This document shows, one piece after another, positions 10,636 through 33,721 of a stretch of 64,000 bases of DNA. This stretch comes from Zygnema circumcarinatum SAG 698-1b (Eukaryota > Plantae > Zygnematophyceae): NCBI GenBank assembly GCA_037447605.1, contig CM074804.1, positions 1,860,001-1,924,000 on the forward strand, in the 5' to 3' direction. Each line of letters starts with the position of its first letter. The first letter of the stretch is position 1. The position numbers were made by a program, and so were the translations under genes. The notes under the pieces are model-generated. The model was not told where the DNA came from, did no database searches, and worked only from the letters and a program-made list of their open reading frames with translations.

Positions 10636-11454
10636 TCGACCTCAGTTTCCCTTGAGATGTGTCTAAATGGGATTTAAGTGGGATCCAATGGGGTTTGAAT
10701 TGCTCCTTGTGGAGCATATTTGGCTTTGGGTTGAGGGACGAAAAGCTTTCAAGGTTCTTAGGGTTTGTACAAAGTTGCAACTTTCTGGCCCTTTGTAGCG
10801 TTCCATGCCGTTTCCACTTGGTTCAGTTTGTAAATAAGTCACAGTCGTGAACTCTGTGTACACGTGGCAAAAATAAAAGACATAAATATAGATCTTGGTT
10901 TTAGTATTTTTAGTTTGTAGGATTTAGCAGGCTAGGAATTGTAAGAGTTTGTTGGTGTCCTCTCGCTTGGGTTCTGGATAATGGTCTGTTGGTAATGAAG
11001 GGAGCCCTGCCCTGCCCTGTGTGGCCTTAGGGTAACGACAAGGGAAGTGTGCATGCGAAGCGGAGGGAGAGAGAGAGAGGAGAGAAAGAGAGAGAGCGAG
11101 AAAGCGAGACTGCTCACAACTATACCACTTATCCTCCTCTCCTCGTCCTCTCTCTCCCCATCCCCTACCTCGCAGGCCCTCCCTTTAGCCATCTATCCAT
11201 TAGACATAAAGTCAAGAAAAGCTCCAATTGACACGCAGAAATTCAGATATCTTCATGTCAAAGCTATTTGGAAGCCAGCGCAATTAACAATGTTAATTAG
11301 AAAGTCATATTATTGATGGACAAAAACTCACCAGCAAAAAGAGCTACGGTTGCTACATTCCCCCCCCTCCCCGAACCCATGGAAAACGAACATCTAACAA
11401 TCCTTTGCATGTTGTTGTTAACGATCTCCGAGTGACTGTCATTCAGACATATCG

Positions 11455-14400
11455 TTATACGCTGCGGACCCCCCGTAATCCCTTAGGCCTTAAGCCCCCC
11501 TTCCTGGTTGCAGCCTTTTGCTTCTTCCTAAAGTCATCTCTTAACGCTTGTTTTGTGGCTAACCAAACTTCCTCAGCATCAGCGGTTCTCATGAAGGCGC
11601 ATTCGGCTCTCTCCCCTTTCACTACAGCTGCACGGTTTTCCATTCCTTCTCTCTCACTCACTCCCACTCCCTCCCGTACCTTCTCCTCACTCTTCACCTC
11701 GCTTCTCGTCTCCATGTGATTCTCTCTCTCTGCCACCCTCACTCGATCAATGGACCCATTTTGACTATGCTTCATCTTCACCTCCGTTTCCATTCTACTT
11801 CTCTTTTCGACTTTCTGTTCCCCTCCAGAAGAGGCTCCTCTCCCACTGTCCTTTTGCGCGCTCTCTCTCACTCTCTGACTCTCGTCACCCTGAGTGACCC
11901 CACTTTTGCCTATTAGTGAAGTGAGTGAGAAGGAGACCTTTCCCTCCGGATCCACCAAGCTCTTCCAAGACGCCTTTTGTATCCACTCTCTCTCTCCCTC
12001 TCTCACCCCCTCTCTACTCTTACCCCCTTCCTTTACACTCATTTTTGTCTCCTCTCCAGCTCCTGAACCCTCCCCATGTAGGGTATTTCCGTTTTCAAGG
12101 TCATTAAGGTCAATAGAGTCAATGAAGTCCTTAGGGTCGTCTTTAAGGTCTCCTCCAACCACTTCCATCTTCTCCCCCTTGGCCTTCTTTTTAGCATTTC
12201 CCTTGGTGCCCTTTCTATGAGCAACGTCAGATTTGCCTTTCTGTTCATCAAGGTCCTCTATATCCTTGTTTACTCTATGTGAACTCTGCTGCTCTCTCCC
12301 CTCCAGAGGTACACCTCCCATACCCTCTCTCTCGTCCTCTATAACATCCCCTATACCTCCAAAAGGAGTCATTCCTCTCTCCTCCCGAACATCTTCCTCT
12401 TTTACACCTCCCTCACCTGCATCCCCAGCCTCTCCCTTTCTCTTCCTCTCCTTTTTTTTCGCGTCCTTCCACTTCCTCTTCTTCCCAGTTCGAGCCGTCT
12501 CTCCATCCTCTCCTCCCACCATGTCCCCCCCACTCTCTCTTCTCTCACTTTCCTCCACCTGTCGAAGGATGCCCACTTCAAGGGCTTCTGGACTTTCAGG
12601 CATTCCAGAGCCTTCCTTCAGGCCTTCAGAATCGTCCAATTTTTTAGGGTTTTTAGGAACCTCATTCCCCCCCTGCATCCATACCTCCTCCTCCTCCCCC
12701 CCCTCCTCCACCTTCTCTCCCTCCTCCTCCTCTTCCCCCTCTTCCCCTTCGTCGATCTCCTCTACATCATCAAGCTCATCATCCACATCTAATTCTCCTG
12801 CTGCGACTGCAAAGAGCTTCGCCCACGCACTCCCACCCCCCTCTGTCTCGCTCTCTCTTACTCCTCCCTTCCCCTTCCCCTTCCCCTTTCTTTCGTCTTT
12901 TCTTTCAAACTCTACACTCCCTTTCTTACCTATTTGCTGAATTGTAGCAGCCTCTTCTTTCTTCCTCGACATGCCTTCAGCAACACCTCCTTCTCCCTTC
13001 ATCCCCTTCTCCTCCCTCTCCCCCACTCCCTCACTGTAGTCCGTCCCATTGCGAGTAATGTCCCCAGCAGAGTTTGCACCATCCCTAGTCGAAGTTGTAA
13101 CCAGAGACGGGTCATACCGAGGAGTCGCGACAAATCCAACATTTTTTCGAGGTTTCTTGTCGTCCTCCCTGCCAAGACGAACAATAACTCGAGAACATTA
13201 AACCACACCTTCTGTTTCTCTGTCTCTCCCTCTCTCCCTCCCTCTCTGTCTCTAGCAGTCAAAAACACGCACTCACATCCCAGAAAACGCCAACATCCCC
13301 AAACCTAACATACAACAAGCAATACGATAGCAAGGATTCTGGACGAATTCAAGTTTTGGAGCCTTCTAGAAGATGTCTGCAAAGTTTTCAGCCGAGCAGC
13401 ATCCCTGCCAAGGAACGAGATTGACCTGAATCGCTCCTCCGGAAACATAGCTGCAAGCAGCGCGAGATTCTGCCTCCTTTCCTCCAATAAAGCTTTCGCT
13501 ATTTCATCTCCCTCCTCAGCCTCTCCTGCCTCAACCCCTGGTAAGCAACACACAAAGAAGGGGAGGGAAAGGGTGGGAGAGAGAGGACGAGGCGGGCGGC
13601 AGAGAGAAGGGGGGAAAGGGAGAGAGAGAGTGTGAGAGAGAGTGGGAGAGAGGGGGGGGCAGTCCTTAATGGAATGTTTAGCTTCACCTTCCATTTGAAG
13701 AATTTCCAGACTACTGTAGGCTTTGGTCTGTAAAAAAGCATTTTCCCTCAAACATTCCTACCTTCATCCACAGTTGTCGCCCCCACTGAGATGAAACCAT
13801 CGTGCAGCTCCTGAAGACCTCCTTCGAGTGCCTCCTCCCCAAGTTCTATGCGCTCCGTTCCGTGCTCTTCCGCTTCATATCCGTTGTATCCTACACTTCC
13901 AACAAGTGTCGTCCCGCTCCGTTTTTCCAAACTGATTTCAGTTTTTTCCTTCACTCTCATATCAGAAATCCTTACATTTGGATCCTCCATAGAAATCGGA
14001 GCATGTCCGGGTGTCTCCATGCGCTGCCGTTTTGTATCGCGTGAGGGGAGATCCTTCGTGCCGGTCTCAACTGGAACTGAAACTGAAACTGAAGGTTGCG
14101 CAGTTCCATGCGATACGCCTTCCAAGTCACGAACCGCTTTTTCCATGACTGCGTGAAGGGGCGGAACTTCGATATTGCGAAAACTGCGTTTATGTTTTCC
14201 AGTTTCGGGGCCTCCCGCTGCAGGCATCACCTTCACCTGAAAAATATGCAACAACGAAAAATTAGGGTTTCATGATCGCAAACTCACGCGCTTTTCAAAC
14301 TTAGTTTTTTTTTTTTTTGCAATTTCATATCTTCCGTATGTCCAAATCCTGACGACAGGTTAGAGTTTCTGAGATTTTAAAGTTTTTCTGGTTTCTAAGA

Positions 14401-15570
14401 ATTTGGGTCCCAGATTTTCAGTTTCCAAAAAGGGCAGAGTGGGTCCGTAGAAACCCTAAAATCCTGGAAACCTTAAAGTCCGTAGAAACCCTGGAACACC
14501 GTTAACGTCGGAAAGTCTTGAACCCTAAATCCTAAACCCTCAGTTCAAATTTCCAACCTCCAACTCTAAAACCCTAAATCCTGAAAAATCCAAAACCCTA
14601 AAGCCCCAAAATCCTTAAACCCCAGAACCCTAAAACCCCAAAGCCCTAAAACCCCAAAACCCTAAAGCCCCAAAACCCTAAAACCCCAAAACCCTAGAAC
14701 CCCAAAACCCTAAAATCCCAAAACCCTAAAACTCCAAAACCCCAAACCCTAGAACTCACCTTCTTCCCACCCACGCCCCATATGAGCTTCAAAGGCCGCA
14801 GATTTTTGGTTCCGCTGATTAAATCTCCAGACTTATTTTTTCCAGAGCCAATAAGGGCCTCCGCTGTAATTTTTTGCCTTTTTTTCCGTTTTTTTTCGGC
14901 TTCAAGCGCAGCCTTCTGCTCGTCCAGCCACTCCCTTTGAAGTCGAAAAAGATAAAATTCCTTCGCTTTTTCCACGCGCAGCTTTCCGCCTTTCCATGTG
15001 GCGCCGTTGTACTGAAAATCGGAAATAAAAACAAAAAAAAAGGGGGACGGGAAATAATTACAAAATTGGTTCGATTCTAAACATCTCAAAACCCTAAACT
15101 CTCCTCAAAATTGATTTCCTGAGGTTTTAGCCTTTTTTCGAAATTTAGATTTTTTTTCGGGTCCTATATTCCTCTATGTTTCTGAACTTTGAAGGCTCCG
15201 TAATTTCTGGGGTTTTAGGGTTCAGTTACAAATTTCACGGTTTCCGGATCCTGCTTTTCGGGGTTCAGGGCGGCCCCTTTACCGCCGAGATGCATTTTTT
15301 GAGGCTGCCCGGCCCCGCTGGCAGAAAGTCCACGTAGGCAAACCCTTTGCAGGCGTCGCCCCCCTCCGCGGCCGCCACGACCTCCACGCCCGCCACGTGG
15401 CCGAACGGCGCGAACCGCGCCGCCAGCTCAGCGCCGGACAGGCCCCGCGCCGGCAGGCCCCCCACGAATAGCCGCACGGGCCCCGCCATGGCCCCCATGC
15501 CCACCATGTCCTCCATGCTCATGGCCTCCTCCATGCCCACGCCCCCCATGCCCATGGCCTCCATGGCCAT
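11455..15570 (-). CDS. ROS3: Nucleolar RRM protein, ROS3/NOL8-like
   Basis: Five exons (about 15570-15283, 15011-14760, 14237-13756, 13506-13417, 13035-11455). RRM VRLFVGGL...KGFAYVDF followed by YNGATWKGGKLRVEKAKEFYLFRLQREW, TGKHKRSF, WIQKASWKSLV and C-terminal CAFMRT, matching conserved ROS3 blocks; long acidic/lysine-rich centre. Confidence 0.88.
14452..14752 (-). repeat. Degenerate telomere-like array (AAAACCCT/AAAACCCC on +) filling the 5' part of ROS3 intron 2
   Basis: Roughly 20 or more 7-10 nt units, densest at 14570-14752, beginning immediately after the GTGAGT donor. Confidence 0.85.
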
Positions 15571-15621
15571 GGCCTCCTACATGCCCATGGTCGCCATGCC
15601 GATGCCCCCCCCCATGTCCAT
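15487..15621 (-). other. ATG-dense repeat at the ROS3 start: in-frame 14-codon uORF plus Met-rich leader
   Basis: MDMGGGIGMATMGM*EAMAMEAMGMGGVGMEEAMSMEDMVGMGAM: 15 in-frame ATGs, TAG at 15579-15577. Confidence 0.85.
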
Positions 15622-17252
15622 GGACCGGACCGGACGGCCTCCAAGGCGGAGGGCGACCTCGTCACTACAGTATGGCGCGGCAGCGACGGCCATCGTACGG
15701 CAGCGCCGCGTACATCCGTACTGTACGTATTTCGCGTTCGTACATACAGTACATGTGCCTTATTTACGGGATTTTTCAAAACCTATTTAGGGGACTGTCC
15801 CCTATTTATCCTTCACGTCGGCTCAAAGCGCCTTCTTGTCCCCTCAGTTGTATCCAGAGGACCGTATTTCATGACAACGTTTCTGGTCTTTCTGTTTATC
15901 ATTCCATGCACAAATATTTGAAAAAAGGTCAAATATGTTCTTGCTTTGGAATGTGGATCTGATTAGAACTCTGCGTCGCGTCCCGCCAAGAAATGGTGCT
16001 CGTTGGATGGACTCTTGCGGGGCGAATTGCTATCAGGGTATGGAAACTGTGGTTTTTAGGGTTTTTAGGGTTTTAGTTAGGGTTTTAGTATGCACGTTGA
16101 ACGACGGCGATTGAAAGGAAGCTGGCGACTCCAAACGTGACAAGAGGAGTGAACGATTAGAGACGATGGATGGAGGTGCTTCTTTTAGACTAGTGTATGT
16201 TTCATTATGTGAATTCCGATGTATGATATTATCTATTGCTATTATCTATGTTTTACCATATACCATGCGCATGATGTTGCGCGTCTCATATTGTCCGTAT
16301 GGTCTTTCTCAACAAGACAGCTTGACGGTTGCCTTTTTTTTTTTTTTTTTTTTTTTTGAATCTACCGCTGCGTTTGCAAAAGTGCAGCACCTTCATCGCC
16401 TCCTCTCCTCTTCGAAGGCCTCTTCTTTCACGCCCACCTCCAATTCAAAAGCGACCACTGGAACCAATATTAACCAATTTCACTCGAAAAACAAATAGAA
16501 AATGAATAGAGAGAGAGAAAAATTGGTAGAATCGATCGTCAGACAAGGTCAGAAACCCTGACATAGTCAGGTTTGAAATGACCATCGAGATTGCCCATGG
16601 TTTACCGAGATGATTCTTTTAAACCTGCATTTCCCTAAGTTAAAACGGGTTTTAAGGATCAAGTTAAAATTCATACAAACAGTCCCTCTTTATATTTTCA
16701 TGCTCGTTGATATTGATTGAATTTAATCGAGTCTTGTTGCACCGATTGTAACACTCCCTCGTCGTGTGTTTTCTCTGCTCTGTACGATGCAAAATCTGAA
16801 ATTCAAGGGACTTATCTAGTACCTCTCTCGCGGGAGACATCCCCTCATAATTCCTTGCAAACGGACAACAGACCTCTGCCGAAATCTCGTCGAACTGTTT
16901 TGACGGTACATCACAATGCGGTACTCAAGGGCAAAAGTTACTCTCATCAAGTGTGGCCTTCTGGAAAGCAGAAGCCTTAAAGAAGCATGACCTCCCAAAA
17001 ACCGATCCAAAATCTTATACCATTTCGTATTCGTAAGGTCACACAACCATTTGACTACGACTACAGAATATCTGAGAGATACAGCCGACAGTGCGCAAAA
17101 TTCTCTCGAGATCGCAATCCTCTGCCAAAAGGCCTTCCAGAACAGGGTTCTGAATTCACTCAACCCTGAGCGCTGCAAATTCTAATAGCAACCTTTCCCT
17201 CCCCTCATGAGCAATTTGAAACCGAGTACACAAACGCTACAGCGCTTCCCGC

Positions 17253-18233
17253 CTAACACGTGGCGGAGTACGCGCCGTTTGCAAACCTCGCATTGCAGCC
17301 GATGCCTGTGACAAGCGACTGCAGCGGATACGTCCCCGTGAGAGCCGTGTAGAGCGCGGGACAGGCCGAAGCCGCCGCGCTGAGCACTCCCACAGCTATC
17401 GGGCTCTGGTACGGACTGACGAGGGGCCCTCCCGCCATCCCGCGCTCCACGGACACTCTCTCGCACAGAATGTTCGCGGAGAGACCCTCGCAGCCGCGAC
17501 TGAGCGGCACGTCGGTCACGTCCGTGACGAGGGTGACGCCGTTCTGCGTGGCCGCGGGGTACCCGAAAATGGCGCGCGGCTGCGTCCCTGAGGCGGCGCT
17601 GGCCCACTTGTGCACTTGCCCGACGAGGGACGTGTCCAGCTTGACGACGGCCACGTCGCTGCCGGCCTTGAGGGTGCTTGAAAACGTGGGAGCGTTCTGG
17701 AAAGCAGTGAACAGCTTTACACTCTCCCACTCGCCGAAGGAGTAGACCTTGTCGGCCGCGCCGTTCTGCCTCGACAAAGCGAGCAAGGTGACGCCCGAGC
17801 CCAACAGCCACTTGTTTTTGTCGGTGTCGTAGATGCACTGCGCCGCGGTGGCCACAAGATTCGGCGCTATGAGCACGCCCGAGCAAGTTCCGTACACGTC
17901 GTCGAAGGACGAGGAAGTAAGCAAGAGCAGCACCGCGCCCGAGCTCACGCCGACTTGTTCGAAGCCTGGAAGGACCGCGGACGCCGGAAAGCCGATGTTG
18001 CAAGTTGAGAACCCTTTGGGAGCCAAACCCGTGTCGTTTTTATTCTCACGGAGAATGTACAGAGCTACAAGCTCGCTGAGAGGCTTGTTGAGTGAAAGCT
18101 TCTCCATCAGCTTGGAGCTTCCCTTGCGTTCGTTACTGATCCCTACCGTCTCGGGGGAGGCAAAGGCTGCGTTGGAGAGGAAGAGGGTAAGGAGGAGAGG
18201 GAGGAGAGTGGGAAGGAGGTGGAGGGCGGCCAT
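17253..18233 (-). CDS. Intronless secreted trypsin-fold (PA clan, V8/Mpr-like) serine protease homologue, predicted catalytically inactive
   Basis: 326-aa ORF with a hydrophobic signal peptide. Motifs CSGVLIAPNLVATAAQCIYD (His->Gln), GSDVAVVKL (Asp kept), IFGYP and GMAGGPLV (Ser->Ala); 8 Cys; NDT sequon; TATAAAT ~80 bp upstream. Confidence 0.85.
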   Translation of the reverse strand: MAALHLLPTLLPLLLTLFLSNAAFASPETVGISNERKGSSKLMEKLSLNKPLSELVALYILRENKNDTGLAPKGFSTCNIGFPASAVLPGFEQVGVSSGAVLLLLTSSSFDDVYGTCSGVLIAPNLVATAAQCIYDTDKNKWLLGSGVTLLALSRQNGAADKVYSFGEWESVKLFTAFQNAPTFSSTLKAGSDVAVVKLDTSLVGQVHKWASAASGTQPRAIFGYPAATQNGVTLVTDVTDVPLSRGCEGLSANILCERVSVERGMAGGPLVSPYQSPIAVGVLSAAASACPALYTALTGTYPLQSLVTGIGCNARFANGAYSATC

Positions 18234-18313
18234 GGCTGCTTCTCTGAGGCGAGAGCTGAGAGAGCGAGAGGAGATGAAGAGCGGCGTGGAGTGGAGCGTC
18301 GGCAGCCGCTTCC

Positions 18314-18473
18314 ATTTATAAGTGCGCAGCCGCCGACGGGTGGATGCGCGGCGAAGCGAGGCGGAAAAACCAGAAAAAACTCGGGCTGCAAAACCTGAAA
18401 ATGCTGACGTCAGCGTCAGGGACAGGGCGGAAGAAGGGTCTCAGTACGAACGAGAGTTCCTGGGCTGACGTGG
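18314..18473 (-). promoter_or_regulatory. Proximal promoter of the pseudoprotease: TATA box plus bZIP-type ACGT elements
   Basis: TATAAAT on - at 18320-18314; perfect palindrome GCTGACGTCAGC at 18403-18414; TGACGTGG at 18466-18473. Confidence 0.6.
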
Positions 18474-18814
18474 AGGCAAAGCTCGTCATTGATTGGCTGC
18501 GCGGCTGGTCGGCACCTCGAACACGGCAGGCCACATATGGGCAAGGGAAATTGATGACGTCGACTCCATATTGTCGTTTCCGATAGAAAATATTCGGTCG
18601 ACGGAGGCTGACGCGAGCGGCTCGCTTGCGGACCAAGCGTGCCTCGGGCGAGACTCGAACTCGCGACTCGCGGAAAGGGACGAGGGACGCGCTGACCGCC
18701 AGATCGTGGCAGAGTGCTCGTGCCGATCGACGCGATGCCGATCGGACGGCCCTGCGAGTACCACGAGTACGGAATGGGCTTTGAGGGCGCGGGGCCCACG
18801 AATCTAATGGCTAA

Positions 18815-19395
18815 TAGGGCGTGTCAGACTTAAAAAATTCTCGTAATACTAAAAACTCGATATTCGTAACATTTCGAGTCAACGTCAGTAAAACTCAAAT
18901 TCCCGAGCCTAGTTTTTCGCACTCGCGGCGCGGTCCTGTTCGCACTCCGCGATCGCCGTCTTCGCACTTCTCCAAACGCCGTCTTCGCAACTTCGCCCTC
19001 GCGCGGGGCCCTCAGACTTAGAAACAGCGCCGGCGCGGCGCGCGGAGACCGCTTGTCGTTGTGTCGTGTTGCGCGTCACGGGCGGGCGCGGGCGCGGGCG
19101 GGAAGCCGGGAAAACAACCATGACGTCACGTTGACGCGATTCTCGCCAGTATTTTCTTCGCACGTCCATTTCGGCGCCTCGTTTGGGTGCGAACAAAATC
19201 GTGCGAAGAAATGCAATTTCAGTAAACCCCACGGGTCAATCTTCGCAACGTTGACCCGTTGACTTAGTACAGTTGACTTCCGTTCGGTTCGGTTTAGGTT
19301 CGGGGGCGCGATGATTTTTAGTACTTAGTAACCTCGATTCTCGTAATACTAAAAACTCGATATTCGTAACATTTTGTTAAGTCTGACACGCCCTA
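18815..19395. mobile_element. 581-bp non-autonomous TIR element (MITE), possibly hAT family
   Basis: Perfect 19-bp TIR TAGGGCGTGTCAGACTTAA (18815-18833 / 19377-19395); identical 38-bp direct repeat at 18837-18874 and 19337-19374; flanks ATGGCTAA / ATGGCATC (5 of 8 match as an 8-bp TSD); no ORF. Confidence 0.8.
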
Positions 19396-20190
19396 ATGGC
19401 ATCTTTTTCCCTCACGATGCTTCGAGCCGCGGATCGGACATGTCACGGAGCACGTCACTTCGGATTCCTGAGACGGGATTCTGATTACCGTACCCAAATC
19501 GTGCTGATTTCCTCCGATTCGGGCACATAAAAACCGTATGTACGGCTCCGATCGTTCTTGCGAGATGCGTACAGCACAGTACAGATACCGTACGTTGGCC
19601 GCCGGTCGATGCGGGCCAAAAAGATGCGTCAGGAGTTCAAGTCTCGACGGCCTCGGGCTGTGCCCACAGCGGGCCGGAATGAAATATCTGCAACTTTGAG
19701 GCAGATCCAAATTGTCAATGGCTCGTCTCCGTGACCACCAATGGGCAATGCCACAAATGAGCTGTCGGATAAGGGTAGAATCTCAAGACTCCCTAAGATT
19801 TGACCAGGAAAGATTTCCTGCATGGCAACAGAAGCCATGTGAATCTGTGATTCTCTCGCAGGGCGAAGAAACTGGAATTTGAGATTTCGAGGTCGGTCAG
19901 CTTGCGAGGAGGCATGCGGAGCCGCTGTGCATGTGATTGGAGAAAGGTTGGGAGGAGGTCCGGGCAGCGTACGGCGGGGCGGCAGGCCCCCGACCCGTCT
20001 GCCCGCGGGGGCCGTTCGCGCACCGACACCGTACGGCCGAACCGTACGAATTTTGTGACGAGGGCGGCTCCGGCCTGCGTGCCGTACAGGTAACGGCATG
20101 GTTGCAACTCTTTTGTCGTCTTGTGCTCCTCGTCCTCCGGAGGCCAGTGCGCTGCTGCACTTCTGATTGGGCACGGCGGCAGCGAGGCGC

Positions 20191-20251
20191 CACGTGACGC
20201 GGGAGCGTGCGCCACGTGGCACTTGAAGAAAGCCTCCACTTGCGCCACGTG
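20191..20251. promoter_or_regulatory. Cluster of three GCCACGTG G-box/ABRE motifs upstream of the ABCC gene
   Basis: CACGTG at 20191-20196, GCCACGTGGC at 20211-20220, CACGTG at 20246-20251; ATTGG at 20166. Confidence 0.6.
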
Positions 20252-20727
20252 CAACTTTTTTCTGGGCAGCCCGTTACGAAGGGTTTTATTTTTTTGTTGT
20301 CGATGAAACGTTTTTTTGGGGCAGACTCAACTGACTGTTCGCTAAAGAAGGATTCCTTTTTTGGACAGCTGAAATATGTTTTTTGGGCAGGGACATGTCA
20401 TACGAAATGTCTATCGGGCAGAGTAAAATCTTTCCTAGCCATGAACAACCCGGTTTCAGTTGTTTCGGGCGATAAAAAAGCCACGAAAAAAGCTGCCAAC
20501 TGTCCACAGAAATATTTGAAAGCTACCGTCTTTTGAACAAAATATTTCTTTTTTTTGGCCACTCTGACACGATGAAGACGCTCGCTCCTGCCCATGATTC
20601 ACTGGCTGCCCAAAGAAAGTTTTCCAAGTTCCAAACCTCGCCTTTTACCATACGGTAGTCTCCGAGGGAGGCATGGCGTCGGGTCGAGGAGAGCAGGCGA
20701 AAGCTTGGGAGGGGAGGTCCATGGAGG

Positions 20728-20790
20728 GTTTGGGTTAGGGTTAGGGTTATGGCGTAAGGGTTGGGTTGAAAAACTAGGGTTAAGGTTAGG
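20728..20790 (+). repeat. Telomere-like GGGTTA/GGGTTT array immediately upstream of the ABCC start
   Basis: GGGTTTGGGTTAGGGTTAGGGTTATGG...AGGGTTGGGTTG...AGGGTTAAGGTTAGG. Confidence 0.7.
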
Positions 20791-20801
20791 ATTGGAGCTC
20801 G

Positions 20802-33721
<12,920 letters not shown>

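Noticed and set aside
16334-16357. T24 run as the poly(A) tail of a retrocopied pseudoprotease
   Set aside because: It is ~900 bp from the stop, has no convincing TSD or polyadenylation signal, the gene keeps its own TATA region, and homopolymers are common here.
16717-17178. Short ORFs downstream of the pseudoprotease
   Set aside because: No recognisable motif or splice-consistent model; probably UTR or intergenic.
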